Part shown: positions 34,918 through 47,070 of the stretch, piece after piece
Layout of the letters: each line of letters opens with the position of its first letter
How positions within the stretch are numbered: the stretch's first letter is position 1
Source of the DNA: Prorocentrum cordatum
Taxonomy: Eukaryota
DNA: 64,000 nt
NCBI GenBank assembly: GCA_963575745.1
Contig: CAUYUJ010000334.1
Span: 1 to 64,000 of the forward strand
Reading direction: 5' to 3'
The notes under the pieces: model-generated
The model's database searches: none
The model's input: the letters and a program-made list of their open reading frames with translations, nothing else
What the model was told of the DNA's origin: nothing
Translations under genes and position numbers: made by a program

Positions 34918-35276
34918 ATAGGGGACCCTCCAGGGGCCCAAAGCCTCCCGGGCACGGCGCGTTCCTTCACGAACGCCCCCACTGTATGTGCGGTCGATCC
35001 ACAACGGCCCCGCAGCTGAGGTCCCGGCCGCGCGCGCCTCCGCCTCGGCGCCGCGCGCGAGGCCGGGGCCGCGCAAAAAGTGTGTGTGTGTGTGGTGTCT
35101 GCCTGTCTGTCTGCCTGCTTGTCTTGTCTTGTCTGGTCTTGTCTAGTCTAGTCTAGTCTAGTCGCGTCCAGTCCAGTCTAGTCCAGTCCAGTCTAGTCTA
35201 GTCTTGTTTGTCTGTGCCTCTCCCCTTTCTCGTCTCTCTCTCACACTGCCCACGATCCATCAAACCATCACCATCC

Positions 35277-35311
<35 letters not shown>

Positions 35312-36427
35312 CTCCGGCCCTCGTCATCTTTGCACACCATTTCGCTGGGCGTGCTTCGGTAGGAGGGATTGCTGCATCACGAGACGTCTGGGGATGGCCT
35401 CGCGATCACTGGAAGTCCTGCCCAGGGAGGGGGGTCCTTGAGTACCAGGAGCCTGCCCAGGTCGTGCCAGCCTCCAGCCGATGCCTCATTTAGGCGACCA
35501 GGCCGGACTCCCCACCATAGGACAATCACCCCCACTCCTCCTCCTCCTCCTCCTCCTCCTCCTCCTCCTCCTCCTGCCAACCTGATGCGCACCAGGTTGA
35601 GTGCCTCAGACCAGGCGCCGCGCATGCAGGCGTCGCTCGGAAGCATGCGGGGCGGTGCGGCGGGTGCCGCCTTCCACCGAGTGGCTCGGCAGGGACGGCT
35701 TCGCATGGCCCTGCGGCCGCCCCCGCCAGGCGCCACCCGGCGATGAGGCAGGTGCGCACACCACGCGTGCGGGTCCCAGCCCAAGGCGACCGCAGGGAGT
35801 GGGCAGTCAACGACGTCGCTCCGCGCGGCAAGAGCGCGAGGAGGAGCGGGAGGAGGAGGACGAGGAGGAGGAGGAGGAGGAGGAGGATATAAGGATAAGG
35901 CCCTTGGGGGTCTGTCAACTTCGCCTACCGACAGGCATGCCGACCCCTGGGAAAAACATGGATGCGGGCCCTCCACCTGCATGCTGTGGGGGGCCGCCTG
36001 AGGCGACGGGGCCCGCCTCCGTGGAGGCGTGGTCCCCGAGCCTCGCTAGCAGGGGAACCCTGCCTCGGCTAGGCGCTGATGCTGGTGCAGGCGGAGGGGG
36101 GCTGCCTCACTCTTTGGGCGCACCCCCCGCCGCTGAGAGCCCACCCACCCTCGCTCCCCACTCCTCCCCACCACTCCCTCAAGGCGGCAAGAAAGAGAGA
36201 CAAACAAAAAGAGGGGCGGCCTTGTACTTGGTGGACGCGTCCCGTCCCCACTACCCTCGCCTGATCACACATGTCTCTCAGCAGAGATATGAGGAGGTGG
36301 CGTGGCCGCACTGGCTCACGCGTGGAATGCTGTGCCAATCTCTACTGCCAGTCGAGCGTGTGATGCTCTCGCTGAGGGAATAAAAAGAAAAAGAACAAGG
36401 CCTGAAGCGATGGGACCAGCTCTCAGC

Positions 36428-37238
36428 TCACGACATCCCGATGCCCCAGCCTGCCGCAGCCGCTGCCCTTGGCGACGAGAGTCGCACGTCCCTGCTCTGA
36501 GCTGCGCCTGTGTTGTGGTCGGCCTTAGTAGCGGCGACTGGGGCCTCGGCCACGACCACGCCACGGCTCTCCCAGCCCTGCGCGCTCTTGCTCGGACTCG
36601 GGCATGGCGGCCTGCGCGCGGGCTGGAGGAGGTCCTGCTTCTCCGTCTCCGCCGCCGTCGCTGCCGTCACACTCTGGGTGGAGAAGAAGGCCTCGTCGTA
36701 GGCGTAGCCCTGCGGGCCTTTGGTCCAGCGGGTGTAGATGTGGTCGATCTCATCCACCTGGCGCCTCATGTAGTCGAGCTCCCACGGCATCGGTCCGTGC
36801 GCCATCTTGCCGAGCTTGTCGTCCGTGATGCCGGTCGCGCTCCTCAACGCGCTGATGGCTTGGTGGATGTCGCGCAGCTGCTCCTTGAGGTAGTGCTTTG
36901 CCTGGCTGCGTTCAGCTTCTTCATGCGGGTTGAGGCTCCTGCCGTTCATGCGCCCGAGCGTGGTCGCCACCCTCTCCCTCTGCTTGTGAAGGACGTGGAG
37001 TGCCATCTCGCCGTGCTTGGTCGCCTCCTTGAACGCCTCGGACGTGCTCTGGAGTGTGTTGTGCGCGATCTCCAGCCTGTACGCCGCCGTGCCCGTGACC
37101 TGGTCAGCCACTCCGTAGCCCCCCCCTGTCGTGTGGCTTCTGCACTACCGTGGGCTGCGGGTTGAGCTCCGTCGCAGCTGCAGCTGACTGCTGCTCCGTC
37201 GCCCCCACTTGCTCAACCATGGTCGTCTGCGCCGCCAT
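36428..37238 (-). CDS. Putative third ORF (about 270 aa, helical) in the LINE-B 3' region, with a 1-nt slip in a G8 run
   Basis: ORF 36428..37111 has coding-like bias (LEIAHNTLQSTSEAFKEA...WELDYMRRQVDEIDHIY). ATG at 37238 joins it if the C8 run at 37119-37126 loses one base. Confidence 0.5.
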
Positions 37239-38063
37239 TGCTGCCGAGGTCGTGAGCCCACGAGAAAAGCAGGCCCTGGATGTCGCGAGAAAGCTCGAGT
37301 CGTAAATGTCCGCTGGTAGTATGTCGGACTGGGTCCTGGGCCTCGTTTTACCTTAGTTGACCCCGCCTAGCTGTTGTTCACCTTAGGTAATGTAGTAGTT
37401 TCCTTAGTTCCCAAAGGGTTGGGGCGGTGAGAGACCGTAGTGGGAGCCTTGGAGTAGGAGTAGGCTTAGGCTCGGTTGTTCGCTGGAGTCGGAATCCTGG
37501 GCCTGTCCTTAGTATGCGACTCTTCCTCGCTCCCTCCATCGCGCTGAGGGTCGAGGGAGGTAGCCACTATGGTAGCTAAGGCTGGAAGTAGCTGAGCGGA
37601 AGAAGGGAGGTCGAACCGTGGTCGGACCACACGCGCATGGCTGTGCTGAATGTTGTGGTGTGATAGTTCCCAATGAGTGCGGTCGTGTCCCTAGTACGCC
37701 GTGTGTACTCTGTTGCCGTGTACTGTCTTGCTGCATGGCTGTCCTGAATGTTGTGATGTGATAGTTCCCCGTGCGGTACGCAGTATGTATTCTGTAGCCA
37801 TGTACTGTCGTTCTGTTGTACGAGGCCAAGTACGAAGTCACAAATACGTCGGCGCCGATGCGGGCATCCGCAATAGTATCTGACAGACAAGCCGCGTGCG
37901 GGGGGAGAGATCGACTGCGAGTGGAACTAGTCGAGAGCTGAGAGCCTGAGGAATAGTATATTGGAGGTGGGAGTTGGTGGGAGGGGGGGGGGGGGGGGCG
38001 TAGGTGGTGGGAGCCCGTGTAATAGTAGGGTGGCGGCTGGAAAAGTAGGTCAGCCGTCCACCC

Positions 38064-41000
38064 TTATTTTTTCGCCATAGGTTGGTAGTAGTCCCTTGGC
38101 CGTAGGTCCCGATAGTACGTAGCCATCCGATACAGGTAGGCCATCTGGCCTCCGTGTTGTTCGGCCTGGCTCCTGAGACTCGTCATACGAACAAGGTCTG
38201 TGCTGATCTGCTGTGCGATTTTTTCCTCTCGAGTCACTGGCGGAGCTGACGGTGGCCAGGCACGAGGGCGCCCCGTAGAGTTGAGGCGTGACTCGGGGGC
38301 GCTGCTCGACACCGAGCTGGCGGCGCCGCTAGGCTGCGGGCCTGGTGGGGACTGGCCCGCGGGGCTCTCTCGCTCGCGGCGGGGCGAGCTGCTGGGCTTA
38401 GGCTGAGGCGTGCCTTGGCTCACCTCCTGTTGAGCTGCGCCTCCACCGCCCTCTCCAGGCCCGTCTTCGGGCCCCCTGAGCGGCTCTTCGTGGCCCCGAG
38501 GTGCGCCAGCGCGTGGCCCAGCGCCTGCTTGAACATGTCCCCCTTGAATCCCGAGATCTTGTCGTACTGCTCCTGCTCGAGCTTCTGGTCGTACAGCACC
38601 GCCCTGAAGCTCGGCGCCGTGTTGATCGTGTAGATGAGCTTGGCCTTGCACTGCTTGATGTCCATCTCCACGTCTTCGCCCGACTTGTTGTGCGCCTCCT
38701 GGATCTTGCGCTGCAGGAAGACCTCCGTGATGAAGATCGGTCCCCAGGGTTCGTCGAGCTGGCTCATGAACTCTTTCAAGAGCTGCCTCACGTGGAGGAG
38801 GGACGCGTCGAGCTTCTGCTCCTCCGCGTCGAGCACCGCCACGATCTCCTCGACCAGGCTCGCCGCGACCTGGCCGTGCGGTGGGCCGAGGCCGTGCCCC
38901 TTGCCCAACTGCTTCACCTTCCGTCCGTACTCTTTGCCTGTCTCCATCGGCGCCTGCACCCAATTTGGCTCGAGCGGCGTCAGCCAGAACTCTCCCGTGA
39001 GATGCAAGAAGTTGCGAATCTCGTTCGAGTTCTGGAGGGTGAGCCTCTGGAGCGATCTCAGCTGGTCCCGCAGCTCCACCTGGCCGCCGCCGCCACCACC
39101 GCGGCCTCCTCCTGGGGGTCCTCGACCGCCTCCGCCTCGGCGCTGTGTGGGGGGCGGCTGCTGGGGCGGCTGCTGCGACTGCGGTGTGTCTGACGAGCCG
39201 ACTCCGCCGCCGCCGAGGTGCGGGCGCTGCGTGGGCGGCTGCCCCTCTGCTGCGCCCCCTCCTCTCTTCGTGCTGGCCCTGATGCGCCAGTCGCCGTGGC
39301 CCCCGTGCAACATGAGCTCCCTCACCCCGTGCCGCTCTGATCGGCTCTGGCCCTGCAATGTGCTCGCGGATGTGTGCGTGATACTCCTCGAGAGTTTGAG
39401 CCTCGCGGTTGCAGATCGGGCAGGTGAGGGAGCTGGGGTCGGAGATAGGGTGGGACCACATCGACCTGTCTTGGTGGCAAATACCGTGGCCGTGGACAGC
39501 CCTGGTCGCATGGTCGACACATACCTTACGATTAATAAATGTGCTCTTGCACCAGGGGCACTGGTTGTTGACGATTACGGACGCCGCCGCTGGTCGGATG
39601 TTGTGGGACTCTCGGCGATGCCCAGCTAGTGCTGCGTATGTCGCAAAGCGCATGCCACACCTCTGTTCCGTGCCGTGTTCGCCCGTCGTCGTATGATCGC
39701 ACCAGTAGGGTTTCAGTGACTCCTCCTCCCTGCCCTCCTCCTCCTGCAGCGTCGTATCTCGTGTCGTAAGCACGTCCCAGTTTCGCTCGTAACTGTACAA
39801 TATTGATGGGTCTGTTTGCAGCCAGTTTTTTTGTTCCGCACTCCCCTGTTCGAATATGGCAAGGTCTGAGTCCCTGTCTGCATGCCATCCCATGCTCTCG
39901 TCAACCTTTGCTATCGCCTGCATGTCGACTGCAAACTGCTGCGCCCACGGGGTGGAGGAAGGTCCCACAAATCCCTGCCCTTCGAGTCGCTGAATACCCT
40001 GAGCCGCGTCGAGTCTGGATGTCCCAAAAACCGCTGCGATGACTGCTCCGTGCTCCCAGGAGTGCCTAGACCAGTTCTGGTACCATCGCAAACGTCGCAC
40101 AAGTAAGGATACGGATGTGCGCTCGAGCCTCCAATATCTAAACACCTGTCGCAAATTGTTGCACCTCGCGGTCCCATCCGCTCGGGTCCACGACATGGCT
40201 CCTCCCGCTAGCGTCCGTAGGTATTTGCCTAGTACACTGTCGATTGCCGTTGTGTGGGTATCTGTCAGAACTAACGCTGGCAATCCGCTGAGGGCCGCAC
40301 CTACGACGAAAGCCATGAACATCATGCGTTTTATCTGTCGGGGTACCGTAGAGGTCCAAAAGATCCCACATTGTCGCCATGCGACGCGGATGGCTGCGAT
40401 ACGCCGCACGACCTCGCCTGTGATGCCCTGACCAGCTGGTAGGTAAGGGCCAAGTACACGCATCTCCCTCAACGCCTGACCCTGCAGTCTTTGGCTGCGT
40501 CTGAGTTGTCTGGTCTTTCCGTAACAGCCTTGCCCTACTAAATATAGTAGGTGGTTGGTCTTGGCGTTGTTGAGTCCCCATCCTCCTGCTGCAATTGTTT
40601 GGGAAAGGCGTTCAGTGTTGTTGTTGAGTTGGTGTTCAATATCGCCAGCCGACGATGTAGGTAGGATCGTCTGCACATAAGTGATGTCGTCCATGAACGT
40701 GTTGAGGGATAAGTCGTGGGTGTTGCCTGCGACTGGGTTAGTCGTGTCGTGGATAATTTGGTCTGGGTCCGTGCGGCCTTGTTCCCACCATTTGGTGACG
40801 TACAGGTTGTATGCAACGTTGAATTGCCGCGGGCAGAGGGTGAAGCCCATTTGAGCACCTGTGGTGCTCTCAGCTTCGACGGCGCCGTCGGCAGCTTCGA
40901 GCGTCAGGGTGGAGTGGTCAATGGCTGCCATGGCAAAGCGCTGATCGTGCTCGTGGGCTTGCCTGAAGGTAACCGCTCTGAGTAGGGCTCGGTTGGTGGC

Positions 41001-43298
41001 TGCGAACGCGCTGGTGCCGTCGTAGTTGGTGGTGATTGTGCCCACCCCCCCTTGGGCGGCTCTCCATTGGGCCGCTTGTGCACAGAGGATGGCGTTTTCA
41101 CGGCAGCGGTGCGGGAGACCTCCCTGGGCCCAGGGTGCATGTGATGGGGGTGAGCCACGTAGGTGGATGCCTGAGTGCCAAGCCATTCCGAAAGAATCGT
41201 ACACGTGTAGTATACGCTTCCCTAGTATCCCATCTTTGTTGTTGTGTTTTTCTGCTGGGAATGCTTGTGATCGATGCCAGTCCAAGGGGGTAACCTGACA
41301 GCTTCGGCACTGTGCAAGAAATTGATCAAGGTACTTCATATATCCTTTGCTGTGATCTGCAATCTTGTCAGCACCTACCCCTGCAAACCTGCCCCTCCCC
41401 ACTGAATAAGATTGCTGCTCCCAGGCGGCTCCTTCTGTCCCATCCGTCGCCGTCGGCACACGACCCGACCTAGTACCGTCAGTCCACCCCATCCGTCGGA
41501 GCAGTTCCCTCCCCTTTTTGCATCGTCCCAATGTCGTGTAGTGTGCAAGCTCGTCTTCGTCCCCTCTCTTCTCTGCAGCTGCAACTCGCTTTTCTTCTAG
41601 GCGCTTGCTGAGCTCTGCTGGGTCCTGAAGGTGGAGGGTGGGGTCGATCATCAACCGTGTCATTTCGATCGGGATGCCCCAAGGCGGCCAGGCCCGTCGC
41701 TTGCTAGCTCGCTGACAGTACCTGCGCATCGCTCGCTTGTCCGCCTCGACTTGAAAAAGTAAATCGTGGTCGATCGGCAGTCGGTCGATGTGTTCCTGGA
41801 CGTAAGCCTCATGTACTGCTCGCTCCTCGTTCCTATCGATGGGCCGCGCTCCTAGCCCCCCTTCCAGGGCTGGGTGGGCAAGCTCCTGGTACCAGTAGTC
41901 ACGTGGCCAATGAGTTCGGGCTGATCGGTAGTACCTTTTTTTTGGCCCGCGCCCATTCCTCTGGTACTGTATACGTAGTCGGTGCATCTCGGCGAGGTTC
42001 CGTTTTTTCGTAGGCCTCCCATATGCGTTCGACCAGGAGCGCCCTTCTTTGTTTCTCGACACCTTCTCGGGCCTGCTTCAGCGCAGCTGTGATCTCTTTC
42101 AGCTCGTTTTGTACCCTGTCGTAGTCGTCGGCGCACTGTTCTGGAGTGAGGCTCTGTCGCAGTGCTCTTCGTTGCCTAAGGAGTTCGAGTCGGTGTTGCT
42201 TGGCTCGCTTCGTAAGCTGGTCGATCTCGTCGGGAGAGCCGTTTTTTTTCCGAAGGTCCTGAGCATGGCCGCACGTGCCGCTCCCCCCAAAAGGTCCCAG
42301 GTCTCGTCTGGCGTCGCTGCTCCCAGTGCTCTCTCCCACTGCTCCCCACCCACCTCCTCCACCTCCTTGTCGAGTTCGGTGAGCAGCATCTCCCTCTTGT
42401 GGCCGCTGCGTAAGCATTCCATGAGGCCGTCCCTGCACAGTCCCTGTTGTAGGCGGGCGCGCGTGGGGAAGGAGGTGGTGGTAGTGGAGGCGAGGAGGGT
42501 GCGGCCGATGGGGGGGTGGTCCTTGTGTCCTCGTACTTTTACTTTTTGGAGCCTTTTACCAGACCGATGGAGGACCTCGCACCTTTTTATGAGTCCCAGG
42601 GCCCCTGTGGGTACAACGATGTGGTCGATACGGCTGTTATAACCTGAATGCCCGTAGAAGGTGGGTTCGGCAATGTGGTAAGTAGTAGCAATACTAAGGT
42701 CGCTGGTCTGACACAGGGTCCTGAGGCTCGTGCCGTTGGAGTTCTCAATCCTGGGCTCCCTGTCTCCTACCGTCGGTCCTCTACTTCGCACGATGGTCCC
42801 GTCGGTGTCTCGCTGGCAACCAAAGTCGCTGTTCACATCACCGCCCATCACGATCGTCGTACGGCTGCCTACTCGGTCGACACACTGCTCTAACCATTTA
42901 GTTATAGCGTCTGCTAGTGGCACGTAGTACGAGAGATGGGTGGGGGCGTAGTAGTAGACAAAGAGTACGTAGTCGTATTGGCTAGACGACAGGCGAATTC
43001 CTGCAACCCGTCCCTGGAGGCTGGTCGGTGGAGTGTAGATCTCTCGTAGGCTGCGCTCGTCGATTCTCTGGCTGATGAGGATCGTTAAGCCACAGCTTTT
43101 GTTGATCCACTTCCCTTTGCGGGCACCGAATTGTAACACGTAGTGATTAGGGAGATAGTGTCGCTGCACTGCTTCTGCTCCCGCCCATCTACATGTGCCA
43201 CTGAGGAGGATAACGTCCCAACTGTGTAGTTCGGCACTGATGTCCTCTAGTCGTTCGATGCTCGCTGCCTCCTGGGGGTTGTAGTAGCAGATTCTCAT
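38064..43298 (-). CDS. LINE-B pol: APE endonuclease + RT + three C2H2-type fingers; two compensating homopolymer frameshifts
   Basis: APE motifs YYNPQ, ILLSGT, GDVNS, RIDHIVV, KDHPPI. RT motifs NYDGTSAF, GAQMG, FMDDI, RVLGP. Fingers CGMRF...HRRESH, CPWC...H, CPIC...HIREH. Frameshifts at the T8 run (42242-42249) and T6 run (42003-42008). Confidence 0.88.
38420..39313 (-). CDS. LINE-B second ORF (297 aa): RGG-rich N-terminus and helical domain with GHGLGPPH motif
   Basis: ATG at 39313 with very strong GC3 bias in this frame. The overlapping pol frame here reads like a frame shadow. Confidence 0.72.
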   Translation of the reverse strand: MLHGGHGDWRIRASTKRGGGAAEGQPPTQRPHLGGGGVGSSDTPQSQQPPQQPPPTQRRGGGGRGPPGGGRGGGGGGQVELRDQLRSLQRLTLQNSNEIRNFLHLTGEFWLTPLEPNWVQAPMETGKEYGRKVKQLGKGHGLGPPHGQVAASLVEEIVAVLDAEEQKLDASLLHVRQLLKEFMSQLDEPWGPIFITEVFLQRKIQEAHNKSGEDVEMDIKQCKAKLIYTINTAPSFRAVLYDQKLEQEQYDKISGFKGDMFKQALGHALAHLGATKSRSGGPKTGLERAVEAQLNRR

Positions 43299-44682
43299 GC
43301 CTAGGCGCACGGACTCGCCATGCGGGCCCCCCAGTCCCCCCTGCCCCGAAGCCTGTGGGTGTGGGCGCAAAATCGCTGGTGTACGGTTGTACGTGAGGTG
43401 CGGTCGGTCAACTTTTGGGCACCTCAAACAGCGACTAGGAGGAGGAGGAGGAGGAGGAGGAGGAGGAGGAGGAGGAGGAGGAGGAGCAGGAGGAGAACGA
43501 GGAGGAGCGGGACGAGGCCCGCGTGCGGGGACCTCCGGGGCGCAAGCGTGCCGGCCGTGAGCGGGTCGGCGCGCTCGGCGGCCGGGCGGAAGGGTGCGAC
43601 TGGCGTCGCGCACAAGCTATGCTGCGTCTTCGGGGCGCCCTGTCTGTTCCAGCGCGCCGCGAAGGAGGCGGACATCGTGTGGACTCCACGCCGAGCCCAC
43701 GTGGGATGATCATGATGACATGCGGCCGCTTCCAAGACAGGCGAGGTCCCCTGAGACTGGTGTCGCGCACAAGCTATGCTGTCTGTTCCAGCGCGCCGCG
43801 AAGGAGGCGGACATCGTATGGAATCCATGTCCAACCCGCTTGGGATAATCATACTAACGCGCGGCCCTTTCTAAGGCAGGCAATGTCCCCCGACTCTGAA
43901 GCGTAACGCGAGATGGCGCGGGGAGGGTGGGCTTTCTAAGAGGGCGGGGGCTTCTTAGACGGCAGGGGGCTTTTCGGAAGGGAGCCCCAAACTCCACTGC
44001 TGTGTTTTCTTCACGACGTGATCTCCCAGAGGTTTGGGCCCCTCTCTCGGGATCTGCTTCTCGTCCTGGATTCGTGCTTGACGGTCTTGGGGCCCGGGGA
44101 GGGCTCCCCCCGAGGCTGAAAACGTTCAAAAACCCTCCGTCGTCATCTGCTTGCAGCGCGAAGAGGTAAACGTCGTTCATTTCTAATCGTGCTCACTTCT
44201 AATCGTGCTCGTTTCTGATTATTCCTGGCCCCCCGATGGCTGGGAAGAGGCTCAGGATTGAACAATTAGAATGAAAGGATCTTGGCCCCCAGAAAATCAA
44301 ACAACTTTCGAATAATTAGAAATGAACAATACAATGGGCGGTGGACAAACCTCCCTTTAGTACACCACCCCTTAGTGAAAACGGCCTGGGACCGAAACCG
44401 ACGGACCTGGACCCGCACAAACAACGGCCGCGACGCCCTCTCGCGAACCGAACACGGCCCATTCACTCATCGACGTGTCAGGGTAGGAGGTCTATCCACC
44501 CCCGATTCTTTGGCCAGGTGAAGGAGCAGCGAAGACCAAAAGGGCGAGGAAAAGCAACAGTGGGCCGAAAGCCAAAGGGCCACCGACAACCGAAAGGGTG
44601 CGAAGACCAGAGGCGCGCCGAAGACCGCAGGAAGGCCGGAAATCGAAGGGGCGCCGAACATGGCGCCGAAAACCCTCTGCCG

Positions 44683-45080
44683 CCATCTGCCTGCAGCGCG
44701 AAGAGGCTCGAGGCTCCTGGGCCACACCTCGGCCCATTCACTAATCGACGTGTCAGGGAGGGAGGTCTGTCCACCTCCGGTTCAAAAACCCTCCGTCGGC
44801 ATCTGCCTGCAGCGCGAGGAGGCTCGAGGCTCCTGGGCCACACCTCGGCCCATTCACTAATCGACGTGTCAGGGAGGGAGGTCTGTCCACCTCCGGTTCA
44901 AAAACCCTCCGTCGGCATCTGCCTGCAGCGCGAGGAGGCTCGAGGCTCCTGGGCCACACCTCGGCCCATTCACTAATCGACGTGTCAGGGAGGGAGGTCT
45001 GTCCACCTCCGGTTCAAAAACCCTCCGTCGGCATCTGCCTGCAGCGCGAGGAGGCTCGAGGCTCCTGGGCCACACCTCGG
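44683..45080. repeat. 116-bp near-perfect tandem repeat (about 3.4 units)
   Basis: gctcgaggctcctgggccacacctcgg recurs with a period of 116. Confidence 0.9.
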
Positions 45081-45349
45081 GCCTCCGGCGGCCGCACGCC
45101 CGCGAGCCGCCCTCGACGAGCCGCGGCTGCTGGGAGCGCCCGCCGAGGCGAGGCAGTTCGGTCGGGCGCGTCCTCGGGCGGACCTTGGACGAGCAGAGAA
45201 TCGTCAAAGCATGCTCAAGCACAATAAAAGGTACTAAGAAAGAATCGTCTCCAGAGTATGTCTTGACTATTTTTTGAATAGTCCTCCTGTAGAGGGACAC
45301 GCCCGACTTCAACCAACAAACAGAGCCTCCCCGCCCCCCTCCCCTCACG

Positions 45350-46045
45350 CACCGGCAGTTCGGTCGGGCGCGTCCTCCTGCGGGCGGATCTTGGACGAGC
45401 AAAGAACCGTCACAACTTTTTGATTCGCGGGTCGAGAGCGCACCTCTTCCGGTCGAAGCGAAGCGGCCCGCGCGGAGCTTGAGTTAACAACGAGGGGGGG
45501 GCAGAAGGAGTGCAGCCTCACGGCGAGGCCAGGAGGAGGCAAGGCCTCGGGATCAGGCGGTGCCGGAAACGACGTGCTTGCAAAGGAACGGAACCGTCAA
45601 AACATGCTCAGGCATCATGAGAAATACCAGAAGGACCGTCTCCAGATTATGTTTTGACTATTTTTGAATAGTGCTCCTGCAGAGGGACACGCCCGACTTC
45701 AACCAACAAAAAGAACCGCAAAACTTGGACGAGCAAAGAACCGTCACAACTTTTTGATTCGCGGGTCGAGAGCGCACCTCTTCCGGTCGAAGCGAAGCGG
45801 CCCGCGCGGAGCTTGAGTTAACAACGAGGGGGGGGCAGAAGGAGTGCAGCCTCACGGCGAGGCCAGGAGGAAACAAGGCCTCGGGATCAGGCGGTGCCGA
45901 AAACGATGTGCTTGCGAAGGAACGGAACCGTCAAAACATGCTCAGGCATAGTAAACAATACTGGAAGGACCGTCTCCAGATTATGTTTTGACTATTTTTG
46001 AATGGTCCTTCTGTAGAGGGGCACGCCCGACTTCAACCAACAAAA
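45350..46045. repeat. Tandem duplication of a unit of about 330-360 bp
   Basis: ttggacgagcaaagaaccgtcacaac...ggcccgcgcggagcttgagttaacaacg occurs at 45391 and about 45725. Confidence 0.85.
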
Positions 46046-46599
46046 AGACCCTCCCCGCCCCCTCCCCCCTCGGAAGGAGCTCTGGGGGACGGCGGAAGCC
46101 GCCAGCAGCAGCCTCGCAGGAGGGGGTCTGGTGAGGAGCCGAGCTGAACTCTATACTCCGACGCTCTCTCTGGCCCCGCACCGCAACTTGCGCAAGAAAG
46201 CGGATCCTGGTGTGTACGGGATCCTGGCCCAGACATGATCGCGTCGTAAACAAAATCAGGACGGGAAATTTTTGGCTATTTTCGGCCCCGGGAAGGCCCT
46301 CGCTGGGCCTCGGGACTGTCAAACAACGACTCAGGACGAAACACGGGTCTCGGGGAAAGGGTCGGGGCTTCCAGGGACGCCGTCCTGAACAAAAACAGGA
46401 CGTCGCAAGTCTGGGGGTGTATACATATTTCGGTGTTTCCCTGGGAAACCGGGGACAAACAGCATGGACAAACAGTATGATTACACCACACCGCCCCGAC
46501 GTCGCCCCCGACACTCCAGAAGGCCTGGGATTGAGAAACAGCCTGCCACTGCTAACATATTCATAGATACATTTGTATATAGGTATGCATGTGTATATA

Positions 46600-46899
46600 T
46601 CCATCCATCCATCCATCCATCCATCCATCCATCCATCCATCCATCCATCCATCCATCCATCCATCCATCCATCCATCCATCCATACACACACTACATACA
46701 TACATACATACATACATACATACATACATGCATGCATGCATGCATGCATACATGCATACATACATACATACATACATACATACATACATAATACATATAT
46801 ATATATATATAATATATATATATATATATTATATGTTCGTATACTTATGCATGTATGTATGTATGTATGTATGTCTGTGTATGTATGCATGCATGCATG

Positions 46900-46935
<36 letters not shown>

Positions 46936-47021
46936 TGTATGTATGTATGTATGTATGTATGTATGTATGTATGTATGTATGTACGTATGTACGTACGTAT
47001 GTATGTATGTATGTATGTATG

Positions 47022-47065
<44 letters not shown>
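46600..47065. repeat. Compound (CCAT)n/(CATA)n/(TATG)n/(TA)n microsatellite
   Basis: Seen directly in the sequence. Confidence 0.97.

Positions 47066-47070
<5 letters not shown>

Larger units (their letters stand above)
35888..43437 (-). mobile_element. LINE-B: non-LTR retrotransposon (APE-RT-C2H2 zinc fingers, with downstream ORFs)
   Basis: Non-repetitive block bounded by (GGA)n-rich tracts at both ends. The pol motifs are clear; the 3' boundary is inferred. Confidence 0.75.

Noticed and set aside
37112..37120. tccgtagcc, the first 9 nt of the SL
   Set aside because: Too short, antisense to the local ORF, and plausible by chance.
43410..43440. Possible decayed SL at the LINE-B 5' end
   Set aside because: Only TCC-TAG...TTTG similarity, which is too weak.
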